Assembly (NCBI GenBank): GCA_964035545.1
Contig: OZ037773.1
Coordinates: forward strand, 1,951,751 to 2,015,750
DNA length: 64,000 nt
Direction: 5' to 3'
Source of the DNA: Bugula neritina
Lineage: Eukaryota > Animalia > Bryozoa
Shown here: in pieces, positions 52,901-64,000 of the stretch
Layout: every line of letters begins with the position of its first letter
Numbering within the stretch: the stretch's first letter is position 1
Program-made: the position numbers and the translations under genes
Notes under the pieces: generated by a model
Told to the model about the DNA's origin: nothing
Databases searched by the model: none
Seen by the model: the letters and a program-made list of their open reading frames with translations, nothing else

Positions 52901-55900
52901 AAGTGTGATGACCAAGAGAGGTCTATGTCTATAAGGTCAAGGACTCATCAGTTTGAACAGTTCAGCCAAATGCTTAAAGATTGTGAAGCTAAGCATGAAG
53001 ATATGAGGCTACTAAACAATCGACTGAGGTAGGAGCTTTTCAACAACATTTTTGCTGCTTTAGTTTGATTTTACTGATTAAATAATCCAGTGTCTGCTAC
53101 AACCATGTTTCAGTCAACTATGCCCACATGTTTATCAATTTCTCATTGCAAAGATATCTTACACGGAATAACATGATCGACAAGTCTGAATGCGTGAAGA
53201 AAGCAGTAGCTCGGTGCACGGAGTTGTGGGACACCGTCTACCAGTCTCTCTCTCAACTTGTAAAACAGATGAGGAAATCTCATGAGGCGTGGACAGACTT
53301 TGTTAAGGAACGTGATGTCTTACTTATCAAAGTTAGCAATCTCAGTCTAACTTTGAAAACAGACTCTTCCACTCGAGAGAATGTTGAGGAAAAGCTGAAA
53401 AAATATCAACTTCAGGTAAACCCAGATATTTTAAGTCATTTTCTATTATCTGGCAATAATTTTTAGTTGTTTGCCATCTGACATTATTTTCTAATTGTGT
53501 TGAGTCAGGAACTTCCCCTTATTTCTGCTTGTGTATTATGATCATCTTTGTCTTTATGCTGAGTCTCTGCTGGTGTTTCTGCAGATCAATTCTCTCCTTG
53601 ACCTTCCGGTAACCAACCTGCGGGCAGTGTGCACTACAGAGGAACATTGTAAACTTGATAAGCTGATACAAGAGCTCAATGTCAGCGTCAATACGTTGCG
53701 TTGTGAGCTGCGACCTCAGGATGACTTCCACTCTGTAGAGAAGGAGCTGGAGCTGGCCCTCCATCAGACAGAAGACTTGGAGCATGGTCAGATAGTGTAT
53801 TATGATTATTCTCACATTTTTCTTTACTATCACACAACATAACGTCATATCTAAAGGCAGATTTAAAGTAGTGTGGTTGTACTGGTTTTATTTTTTAGAT
53901 TTAGAGTCGTTCAACTCTGACCTCAGGTCATCCTCTTCCGTCCCGACCTCTGACCTTTTACCAGATGAGAGCACACTAGAAACTGACAGTAAAGTGAAGG
54001 AAATTGAGAGGAGAGTTGACCAAATAGCACAGCGAGCAGCCATACGTCGTCAGCTCAGACCTCCCATATCGCGACTAGAAAGGGCACAGAGCCAGTCGTC
54101 TGCTGTGTCTGTCAGTTCAGAAAGGGCTACAGCTGACACAATTAGATCACGTAGAAACACACAGACAGCTCATCCCCACATCACACATTTCTCAACTACT
54201 TCTCGGAATTTTTCACGGCGTTTACGAACTCGTTCCGCTGATAATCCTTCAAGCCGACCCTCAAGTCATGATGGTGAGAAGGACATGAGCCTAAGGCTGA
54301 GAGAAATTGCTCTGTCATCACCGCTACCTCTCACAATAAAGAACTTGCAAGCCTTTAACCAGAGTGTTCTTCCGTCTACATTCAAATTTGATTGGTTGGC
54401 TAATCAAGGAGCACGCTCTGTAACCAGCACAGCTCTAACCTCTGCTACTAACTTAGCTACTAGTAAGAGTTGTTAGTTGACTAACAAATAGCATTAGATA
54501 TACTAGTGTACTAATGTACAAGTGCGTAATATACTCAATATACTCTCTACTCTGTACTGTATAGTGACTATTCAATATACTCTCTACTCTATAGTGACTA
54601 CTACTCAATATACTCTCTACTCTATACTGTATAGTGACTACTACTCAATACACTCTCTACTCTATACTGTATAGTGACTACTACTCAATACACTCTCTAC
54701 TCTATACTGTATAGTGACTACTCAATATACTCACTACTCTATACTGTGTAGTGACTGCTCTATATACTCACTACTTTAAGCTCTATACTGTATAGTGACT
54801 ATTAAATATACTCACTACTCTATACTGTATAGTGACTACTACTCAACATACTCTCTACTCTATACTGTATAGTGACTATTCAATATACTCTCTACTCTAT
54901 ACTGTATAGTGACTACTCAACATACTCACTACTCTATACTCTACACTGTATAGTGACTATGCTATACGGTAAAGACTTTCAACGTGTTATTTGTTTTTCA
55001 GCAGCTGAGGCCATGCCTCCTTTTCAAAAATATCTTAATGCTAGACGTAGGAGTTTCTCACAAGAAAGACAGGGTAGTGTGAAGGGTGCAGCTAAGTTCC
55101 CTCCCAACAGGTTTGTTATATGATACTACAGATACTCAGTTTATGATTGCAGAAATCTATTCTTCTCTAGCCAGTTCTCTGTGTACGCTGTGCATCATTC
55201 TATCACTTCTCTCTCCATGTAGAACTAGGAGCTTGTCTTTAGAGCGGAATCTGACTGGAGAAGCATTGCTTCAAAGGTCAAGATCAACCACACCTACAAG
55301 GCAAGGATTGCATAACACTTTGTCTCCTTTACCTGCACTATCGGTAAACTCGCAGTCTACAGGATTTCTTCTCTCAGCTGCACCCGTCCTGTCCAGTCCA
55401 TCTACTAGGAGGTCTCTTTGTAAGTCAGCATGCCTTGTTCTCTTTTGTATGTTCCTTTTATTCAGTATATGCTTTTTAATTTCTGTATCCATCTATAGCT
55501 TTTTTCTATATTTCTTCTATACTATCTCTATATTCATCACCTTCTATACTATCTCTATATTCATCACCTTCTATACTATCTCTATATCCATCACCTTCTA
55601 TACTATCTCTATATTTATCACCTTCTATATTATCTCTATATCCATCACTTTCTATATTATCTCTATATCCATCACCTTCTATACTATCTCTATATTCATC
55701 ACCTTCCATACTATCTCTATATTTATCACCTTCTATATTATCTCTATATCCATCACCTTCTATACTATCTCTATATTCATCACCTTCCATACTATCTCTA
55801 TATTTATCACCTTCTATATTATCTCTATATCCATCACCTTCTATACTATCTCTATATTCATCACGTTCTATACTATCTCTATATTCATCACGTTCTATAC

Positions 55901-58900
55901 TATCTCTATATTCATCACCTTCTATATTATCTCTATATCCATCACCTTCTATACTATCTCTATATTCATCACCTTCCATACTATCTCTATATTTATCACC
56001 TTCTATATTATCTCTATATCCATCACCTTCTATACTATCTCTATATTCATCACCTTCCATACTATCTCTATATTTATCACCTTCTATATTATCTCTATAT
56101 CCATCACCTTCTATACTATCTCTATATTCATCACGTTCTATACTATCTCTATATTCATCACGTTCTATACTATCTCTATATTCATCACCTTCTATACTAT
56201 CTCTATATCCATCACCTTCTATACTATCTCTATATTCATCACCTTCTATACTATCTCTATATTCATCACCTTCTATACTATCTCTATATTTATCACCTTC
56301 TATATTATCTCTATATCCATCACCTTCTATACTATCTCTATATTCATCACCTTCCATACTATCTCTATATTTATCACGTTCTATACTATCTCTATATTCA
56401 TCACGTTCTATACTATCTCTATATTCATCACGTTCTATACTATCTCTATATCCATCACCTTCTGTACAATCTCTATATCCATCACCTTCTATACTATCTC
56501 TATATTTATCACCTTCTATACTATCTCTATTATATTCATCACCTTCTATACTATCTCTATATTCATCACCTTCTATACTATCTCTATTATATTCATCACC
56601 TTCTATACTATCTCTATATTCATCACCTTCTATACTATCTCTATATTCATCACCTTCTATACTATCTCTATATTCATCACCTTCTATACTATCTCTATAT
56701 TCATCACCTTCTATACTATCTCTATATTCATCACCTTCTATACTATCTCTATATTCATCACCTTCTATACTATCTCTATATTTATCACCTTCTATATTAT
56801 CTCTATATCCATCACCTTCTATACTATCTCTATATTCATCACCTTCTATATTATCTCTATATTCATCACCTTCTATACTATCTCTATATTTATCACGTTC
56901 TATACTATCTCTATATTCATCACCTTCCATACTATCTCTATATTTATCACGTTCTATACTATCTCTATATTCATCACCTTCTATACTATCTCTATATTCA
57001 TCACCTTCTATACTATCTCTATATTTATCACCTTCTATATTATCTCTATATTTATCACCTTCTATACTATCTCTATATCCATCACCTTCTGTACAATCTC
57101 TATATCCATCACCTTCTATACTATCACTATATCCATCACCTTCTATACTATCTCTATATTCATCACCTTCTATACTATCTCTATATTTATCACCTTCTAT
57201 ATTATCTCTATATCCATCACCTTCTATACTATCTCTATATTCATCACCTTCTATACTATCTCTATATTCATCACCTTCTATACTATATCTATATCCATCA
57301 CCTTCTATACTATCTCTATATTCATCACTTTCTATACTATCTCTATATTCATCACCTTCTATACTATATCTATATCCATCACCTTCTATACTATCTCTAT
57401 ATCCATCACCTTCTATACTATCTCTATATTCATCACTTTCTATACTATCTCTATATTCATCACCTTCTATACTATCTCTATATTTATCACCTTCTATATT
57501 ATCTCTATATTCATCACCTTCTATACTATCTCTATATTCATCACCTTCTATACTATCTCTATATTCATCACCTTCTATACTATCTCTATATTCATCACCT
57601 TCTATACTATCTCTATATTCATCACCTTCTGTTTCCTGTTTCAGCTCCCCTCTCAGTCCGATTCTCACCAGCTGTTGAGAGAGAGTTGTTGTCTCCATGT
57701 GAGAGAAGTGAACCTCACTTTGACATCAAGCAGTGTCTCCAGTGGGTGGATAAGCTAGAAGTTTTACACACGAGCATATGGAGTGTGAACAGTGTGATGG
57801 GGGACAACCTGAACACGCTAGTCGCACACTGCAAACACTATAATGTAAATTCACTCACCATGTTTTGTGTTCTATATCCTACTCTATGCAAACTGCCAGT
57901 TCTAACAGGTTTACTCGGCTTCTCCATTACTGCACCTACCACCATCTAGATGCCGTAGTGGAGAAATTGAGATAGCCTAAGTTTTTAGAAAAATGTTTTA
58001 GATTTTGGTTTGGGGCACGGGTGGAAATGTTTGCGAGAACATAACTTCTTTTGCTACATTTCTAATCTAGAACACAGGCTTTTCTCAGTTTGTCCATATT
58101 TGCGCCTACCACCATTATTGCAGGAACTCTTGTCGCAGAGCCAATGTTACAAGGCGGCCATTTTTCCTACCTCCACCGTTACTCAGCGAGAGCAGTTAAA
58201 CGCTCGGTGGAAGCAAGTAGAAAGATATTTCTCATCAAGAAGGGACACTCTAGTTCGAGCTCTGGTGGCCAGTGCTGAGTTGAAGAAGTTAATAGGATGG
58301 TTTGCCGATGATGTCACCCACGCTGAACTCAAGTTACTAGGTGGAACTCAGTCTAAACAGGTGAGTCATTTCTTTTACTTCCTGTATACCATAGTGTATG
58401 TGTAATTCCTCTGTATACTGTATATGCACTGTACTTTCTGTATATACAGTAAGTACAGTGCATATACAGTAAGTACAGTACATACAGTACTTACTGTATA
58501 TACTGTATATATGCAGTGTATGCTGTATATACTGCACTTACTGTATGTGTACTTACCGTATCTAATGTATATACTGTATATGTACTTAATGTATAATGCA
58601 TATACTGTATGTGTATTTACTGTATATACTGTATATGTACTTAATGTATAATGCATATACTGTATGTGTATTTACTGTATATACTGTATATGTACTGTAT
58701 ATGTACTGTACATGTACTGTATATGTACTGCATATACTGCATATATACTGTATATACTGTATACGTACTTCTTCTATATAATGTATATGCACTGTACTTT
58801 CTGTATAATATACAGTAAGTACAGTACTTACTGTACTTACTGTATATACTGTATATGTACTTACTGTGTACTTACTGTACTTACTGTATATACTGTACAT

Positions 58901-59080
58901 ACTGTGCATATACTGTATTTACTGTAGACTGTACACGCCGAAGTGAGAGACATATTAGTGTCTGTCAGATCATACATCACTTCCTTTACCAGTCTGCTAT
59001 GTGAATCTGAAAGCAAAGGGCAACAACTCCTTCACACTCTCAGGACATGCGAGGTGAAATGCCAGAATCTTCTCATGTGA
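19612..59080 (+). CDS. Giant spectrin-repeat protein, nesprin-1/SYNE1-like (about 67 exons, roughly 4000 aa estimated)
   Basis: A chain of short helical L/E/Q/K-rich exons splices in frame from MAANMSMSPVMEESFSSD (19612-19666) through exons starting near 20252, 21334, 21845, 23847, 24999, 26797, 29325, 31689, 35709, 37969, 39642, 42500, 44838, 47048, 49229, 50617, 52442, 53899, 57645, 58124 and 58928, to TGA at 59078-59080. The segments EISHHSRTVTAVINLCSLLQYDKDA...RWKKLC and LLNNRLRYLTRNNMID...LWD resemble, from memory, C-terminal spectrin repeats of nesprin-1. The start codon and one donor (near 46680-46780) are uncertain. Confidence 0.75.
20415..20622. repeat. (CTG/CTA)n trinucleotide repeat
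   Basis: Imperfect gct/act runs directly after a donor. Confidence 0.9.
21050..22230. repeat. Three distinct intronic minisatellites (about 40, 20 and 20 bp) in consecutive introns
   Basis: 21050-21320 (catgtagtatgcatatattactat...), 21480-21615 (agcatattatagcatggtag), 21990-22230 (tatattactttatgttacat). Confidence 0.9.
23570..26680. repeat. Intronic minisatellites between nesprin-like exons
   Basis: 23570-23810 (agttacacagtctag), 24130-24570 (tgtaatactgttactattagatggtgtacctc), 25280-25470 (attggctaactgtgtgtattgggactcttc), 25795-26680 (tctatattctatactatgtag). Confidence 0.9.
27880..28735 (-). mobile_element. 5'-truncated Penelope-like retroelement (RT C-terminus, Cys linker, GIY-YIG endonuclease)
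   Basis: ORF 27920-28734: WYNPPFS...KISYSCMPN...CNCKQPSHCPLNGKC...VIYQA...YIGL...FKTRFNNH...CNLCSYEK...LNKRKE...CRH; stop-free; (TA)n on both sides. Confidence 0.92.
28761..28962. repeat. Approx. 70-bp inverted repeat around a (TA)n spacer, pLTR-like
   Basis: 28761-28830 is the reverse complement of 28873-28942 and contains GAAACTAGTAGTAATAAAG, close to the hammerhead 3' half GAAACTACTAGTAATAAAT at 2911-2929. Confidence 0.75.
31875..32170 (+). repeat. 24-bp minisatellite seeded at a splice donor
   Basis: GAG|gtgggtgtgtctatacaataca repeated as (gagtgggtgtgtctatacaataca)n. Confidence 0.9.
32395..33965. repeat. Intronic minisatellites
   Basis: 32395-32748 (acacagagcacatgtcacatgttgtcactgtacactgt.c), 32995-33435 (cattatatagacagagtatagagtatatatt), 33670-33965 (gagtagttagtgagtgattagagtgggtaatagtt). 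Confidence 0.9.
34492..34703 (-). mobile_element. tRNA-derived SINE
   Basis: Full-length reverse-complement copy with intact A and B boxes. Confidence 0.92.
35236..36650. repeat. Intronic minisatellites
   Basis: 35236-35622 (tactatcactatgtactata), 36218-36650 (tattacaatgtgactatctatattattacta). Confidence 0.9.
37111..37545 (+). repeat. 22-bp minisatellite of amplified exon end and donor
   Basis: Real junction atcaga|gtgagtg; repeat unit atatcagagtaagtggtatgat, about 18 copies. Confidence 0.92.
41505..46525. repeat. Intronic minisatellites
   Basis: 41505-41690 (acacatgactataatacatac), 42230-42478 (cactgtttcagctctacactctg...), 44395-44815 (gttgacatagattagcaagtg), 46366-46525 (ctatgatgtcacactatata). 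Confidence 0.9.
47351..47564 (+). mobile_element. tRNA-derived SINE
   Basis: Full-length copy with a degenerate TSD-like flank tttRtcatRgtatttta. Confidence 0.92.
48845..49220. repeat. 45-bp minisatellite with 90-bp higher-order period
   Basis: Alternating ...catacatactttattactc... and ...catacgtactgtattacta... units. Confidence 0.9.
49378..49780 (+). repeat. 8 x 50-bp tandem repeat of exon 3' end plus donor
   Basis: ttgcttactagtactagcaccaagatgtctctacag|gtaggtctactaca, with CAG|GT junctions at 49413, 49463 ... 49763. Confidence 0.97.
49830..50062. repeat. (CTA)n microsatellite
   Basis: Long act/gct run. Confidence 0.95.
51635..54960. repeat. Intronic minisatellites
   Basis: 51635-52050 (cactgtagtagtaca), 54525-54960 (ctcaatatactctctactctatactgtatagtgacta). 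Confidence 0.9.
55511..57630. repeat. 27-bp minisatellite, about 2.1 kb
   Basis: (catcaccttctatactatctctatatt)n, about 78 units, filling intron 55420-57644. Confidence 0.97.
58410..58925. repeat. Low-complexity (tactgtata)-type repeat in the last intron
   Basis: Irregular atactgtat/gtactt units. Confidence 0.85.
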
Positions 59081-59739
59081 CTTCACTTAATGTGACATTA
59101 TGTCACGCTTAGCGTTATACGTGACGTATTTATTAGTCATCCATTCATGTTCACTCTTGCTATGGAATGATCAAATTTGATCTCACGTGTTATTCATTTA
59201 TTGTATTGCTCAATATAGATATTTATTCTTTGTTTATAATGTGCATTTTATCAGAGAGTTTATATTATTTTTATTCTATTTATAAGGTCATGTTTTACTT
59301 TATGACTCGTAGTGCTTTTTGTGAAGCTGGTCCAAGTAACTTCCACTCAAGCACTTTAAACTGTTTACTCTTAATTTTTGGTTTTATAACTAAACAAAAA
59401 AATTTTGTAATGGAATTAAATTATTATACACATATATCTAAAACATTTCAACTAATAATTTTGCTGTTTTTTCAACGTCAAACAAAAAAGGTCCTTGTGT
59501 AGTTGCTAAGATGTGATAGCTATAGCTTAAGTTACGATTTCTTTTGTACTGCCTACATAAATTGCAGTTTATCAAGCTTGCTTCTCTATTAGAATACTTA
59601 ATATGAATTGGATCAGCTTTGGTTGAATTATTGCATTTCTGTCTTTGTATTTTGGATTTTTTTCTCCTTATATATGTGCTGTGAAATAGTTTTTACTTTT
59701 AACAATTTCATTCCGTCCTGCTAGTTTAGATTTTGACAA

Positions 59740-60550
59740 AATGTATGTTTCAAAGAGTTTCTGTGATATAAAAGAGATATAATTTTATTACGTATAATAA
59801 AGTAATATATGCATGTAATATAGAGCACCACCTCTTTATACTCTGCATTATCTCCACCTGTACTATATATTATACTATGTGTTATCTCCACCTGTACTAT
59901 ATATATATCATACTATGTATTATCTCCACCTGTACTATATATTATACTATGTATTATCTCCACCTGTACTATATATTATACTATGTGTTATCTCCACCTG
60001 TACTATATATTATACTATGTATTATCTCCACCTGTACTATATATTATACTATGTATAATGTATGTTTCATTATGTTATATAATGTATGTTTCAAAGAGTT
60101 TCTGTGATATAAAAGAGATATAATTTTATTACGTATAATAAAGTAATATATGCATGTAATATAGAGCACCACCTCTTTATACTCTGCATTATCTCCACCT
60201 GTACTATATATTATACTATGTGTTATCTCCACCTGTACTATATATATATCATACTATGTATTATCTCCACCTGTACTATATATTATACTATGTATTATCT
60301 CCACCTGTACTATATATTATACTATGTGTTATCTCCACCTGTACTATATATTATACTATGTATTATCTCCACCTGTACTATATATTATACTATGTGTTAT
60401 TTCCACCTGTACTATATATTATGCTATGTGTTATCTCCACCTGTACTATATATTATTCTATGTGTTATCTCCACCTGTACTATATATATATTATACTATG
60501 TGTTATCTCCACATGTCCTCTATATATGACATGTTATCTCCACCTGTGAT
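59740..60550. repeat. Approx. 341-bp tandem duplication containing a 33-bp minisatellite
   Basis: aatgtatgtttcaaagagtttctgtg... at 59740 and 60081, each followed by (tatctccacctgtactatatattatactatgt..)n. Confidence 0.9.
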
Positions 60551-61453
60551 CTATATATTATGTACTTTTTTCTATTGAGAGCTCAGAGTTAATGGTGTCC
60601 AATGTAGTGCTACAGCTTGCCACACACATGACCTTGGGTAAGACAGTAAAACATTCTTTTCCAATATTGAGTGGAATTAAGATATACTAATTTTATTTAG
60701 CTTGAGTATTTTCTTATAGGAGAAAATTCAGGTTCAATGTCAAGATATTTTAATCTATGAGCAAGCAACTCTACTCATAGAATTATAATGGACATATAGA
60801 ATATATGTAGCTTTTCTGAAGCTAAAACAGGCACTTGGAGTTGTGATTGTAATTATGGGACTACCCAGTTAGTAATTCATATTTTGCTGAATAATTATGA
60901 GGTGATTCAGGACAACATGCATATCAAGGGAACCTAAATCTGTTTTCTACAAGAATATTAGGACAGAGAGAATAGGAACAGGAATAATAAACACATAATA
61001 TTAGCTCAAACCAGATAAGTTGTTTGAGGAAGGTAAGTATTGTATTTACTCTGAGCTTATCTGGCATACCTACTTGACAGTGTATTCATATCTGTTACAG
61101 GGTATGGGATAACAGGCACATCATAATATACTTTTAAATGTGTATTGCTTGATGAAGTAGTTTATTGCCCCCATCACTTGTCATCAAACCTGTTACATCC
61201 CTTACTTTCATAGCATATTGGTATTTTTGTTTGAAGTCAGTTGATTGACAGTATGACTCCATTTGATTGATCACTTGTGTCTCTGGTAATTTAGTTTAGC
61301 AAATCCGCAATTTTTATTAAAAGTTTTGGCAGAATAATTTTTCTAAATGAGGATGCCGTTGCTAGCATAGATAGCAACAGGGTGTGGTGCAAATGTAGCA
61401 TTGGCAGCATGTTGCAAGTAGCCGTTGTAGTCTCGCTGACACTACAATATTGA

Positions 61454-61490
61454 CCAATCAGCAGCAGCGATACAGTGTGTCTGGTATAAA
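61454..61490 (+). promoter_or_regulatory. CCAAT plus TATA core promoter of the downstream membrane-protein gene
   Basis: gaCCAATcag (CCAAT at 61454) and TATAAA at 61485-61490, followed by a putative non-coding exon ending CAG|gtagta at 61609; matching acceptor ttgcag|ATG at 63241. Confidence 0.6.
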
Positions 61491-61754
61491 CATGCTTAGC
61501 TGGTCTGTTTCAACTCACTACTAAAAAACTGCTGCAAACATGACTAGTGAGTAGCAGTGCATGTTATATAAAGTCTGTTTACACTGAGGAATACAAAGCT
61601 TACAACCAGGTAGTAGTATCATGTGATGAATGTTGCTAACTCTAAGTGTCTTTGCTTGCCTTAACCTGCAGTTGCTAATGGCATATGAGAAATCAGACTA
61701 TAAAAGAGCAATATGATTCTTCCGGTATTGTAGTAAGTACAGCATGCTGTTGTA

Positions 61755-62765
61755 CAGTAAGTGTAATATACTGTTGCATAGTAAGTGTAATATACTGTTG
61801 TATAGTAAGTGAAATATACTGTTGTATATAGTAAGTGTAATATACTGTTGTATATAGTAAGTGTAATATACTGTTGTACAGTAAGTGTAATATACTGTTG
61901 CATAGTAAGTGTAATATACTGTTGTACAGTAATTGTAATATACTGTTGTAAAGTAAGTGTAATATACTGTTGTAAAGTAAGTGTGATATACTGTTATAAA
62001 GTAAGTGTAATATACTGTTGTATAGTAAGTGTAATATACTGTTGTATAGTAAGTGTAATATACTGTTGTATAGTAAGTGAAATATACTGTTGTGTAGTAA
62101 GTGTAATATACTGTTGTACAGTAATTGTAATATACTGTTGTAAAGTAAGTGTAATATACTGTTGTAAAGTAAGTGTGATATACTGTTGTAAAGTAAGTGT
62201 AATATACTGTTGTATAGTAAGTGTAATATACTGTTGTATAGTAAGTGTAATATACTGTTGTACAGTAAGTGTAATATACTGTTGTATAGTAAGTGTAATA
62301 TACTGTTGTATAGTAAGTGTAATATACTGTTGTACAGTAAGTGTAATATACTGCTGTACAGTAAGTGTAATATACTGTTGTATAGTAAGTGTAATATACT
62401 GCTGTACAGTAAGTGTAATATACTGCTGTACAGTAAGTGTAATAATATACTGTTGTATAGTAAGTGTAATATACTGTTGTATAGTAAGTGTAATATACTG
62501 TTGTAGAGTAAGTGTAATATACTGTTGTAGAGTAAGTGTAATATACTGTTGTATAGTAAGTGTAATATACTGTTGTACAGTAAGTGTAATATACTGTTGT
62601 ACAGTAAGTGTAATATACTGTTGTACAGTAAGTGTAATATACTGTTGTACAGTAAGTGTAATATACTGTTGTACAGTAAGTGTAATATACTGCTGTACAG
62701 TAAGTGTAATATACTGTTGTACAGTAAGTGTAATATACTGTTGTACAGTAAGTGTAATATACCTA
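61755..62765 (+). repeat. 24-bp minisatellite with GTAAGT in nearly every unit
   Basis: (agtaagtgtaatatactgttgta[c/t])n, about 42 units. Confidence 0.95.
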
Positions 62766-63241
62766 CTGTTATAGATATTTCAATACAATATACAGCTTAT
62801 AGTTTACAAAGATGTAAAGATGCAGTGTTTATTAATTGACATGAAACAGGTGCCCGCCTGGCATTTTTATTAACTGCAGGATTGTAGTCTTATTTAAAAC
62901 TACAAAAATATCCCTGAAATCGGTTTGTAATTTGCATACATTCCAGTATCTAATTAGAACTGTTTTTAACTTCATGACTTGTTACTTAACCACCACTTGT
63001 TACTCAAGTAGTACTTGTTATTCAAGTAATACTTGCTACCCAAGTACTACATGTTACCTGAGTAATACTTGCTACTCAAGCAGATACTTTAATTTACACA
63101 AATCCCAAAGTTGAAGCAAATAATATAAATCTCACTAATAAAACACATCACATATGCTATGTTGCACATATATTTATCATATTATAATATAACTGATTAC
63201 ATATAATACATTGTATAAATCTAATATATTATATATTGCAG

Positions 63242-63953
63242 ATGCCATATGAGGAGATAGAACTGAGAGAGTCAAAATCTGACCTCATGACGTCACCACA
63301 CAATGAAAAAGATAGTAAGGGTTGTACCCTCTCACTTCCCATGGGCTTCCTCCTTCTCCTATTGGCTGTACTCCTGTCGGTGGGCGTCGGCCTGATTGTG
63401 TTCTTTGCTACAGGAAACAACCAAGTGAAATGTGCAGACTCAGATGTAAGTTACCTTACAATAAAATATCCCACAAAACAACAGATAGTGTCGTCTTAGT
63501 GTCTTCTTACAATAACATCTTACGCAAAATAACATACAATGTCTTCTCTATTCAAAATATGTTTCTACTTTGTAGGATGTTTCTGGTGGGACAGGAGCTC
63601 AGATTGGAGGGAATGGTGATGGAGTTTGGTGGCCAGACTCTATGTGTCTTGTGACTTGTGAGTATCTATAGTATTTGTAATATGTATTATTGCTAGTTAG
63701 TGTTACTAGTAACAGTGTTTATGAGTTATAACATATGTTGTTTCTAGTTAGCACTACTAGTAAGAGTATTTATCATATATTATATTGTTATTAGTTAGTG
63801 TTACTAGTGTCCATCTTTGCTGTTACAGGTATTAACAATGGCTACTGCAAGGGTGATGTGAGTCATCCACTAAATACTACTAAAGCTGCATCACCCACTC
63901 TACCAACCACCACATTACCTACTACTACAGAAATTACCACAACACCTGGGAAA
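63242..63953 (+). CDS. Type II membrane protein N-terminus, aminopeptidase N (M1)-like; continues off window
   Basis: Exons 63242-63445, 63577-63657 and about 63830-63953 splice in frame: short cytoplasmic tail, TM segment (GFLLLLLAVLLSVGVGLIVFFA), small Cys cluster, Thr/Pro stalk. No catalytic domain is visible, so the family call is inferred from topology. Confidence 0.6.
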
Positions 63954-64000
63954 GTGAGAATTTCTTTTACACAAACCTTCTCTATGTTATCAGCTGTGTT

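Noticed and set aside
55506-57698. 730-aa minus-strand EGDEYRDSI repeat ORF as a real gene
   Set aside because: Pure 27-bp satellite antisense within an intron, with no unique domain or supporting gene structure.

Overview
AT-rich, intron-dense animal (invertebrate-like) genomic DNA; the species cannot be determined from sequence alone. Four genes are visible. (1) The 5' end of a minus-strand secreted Thr-rich mucin-like gene (ATG 605, runs off the left edge). (2) A complete 21-exon PARP1 (4853-16804, +) whose last intron is U12-type and splits the catalytic Glu codon. (3) A giant spectrin-repeat, nesprin/SYNE1-like gene of about 67 exons (19612-59080, +) in which I find no CH domains and no KASH tail. 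(4) The start of a type II membrane protein resembling aminopeptidase N (from 63242, +). Mobile DNA comprises five copies of a tRNA-Thr-derived SINE, a 5'-truncated LINE, a Penelope-like GIY-YIG fragment, an inverted Penelope-type pLTR carrying two intact hammerhead ribozyme motifs on opposite strands (2800-2929), and an 89-bp hairpin. The most striking window-wide pattern is that many introns are filled by their own private minisatellite, and many arrays are amplified copies of the adjacent exon end plus splice donor, giving runs of decoy splice sites. Most long ORFs in the supplied track are read-throughs of these repeats. Exon boundaries were traced by eye from GT-AG signals and frame continuity and need RNA-seq confirmation.
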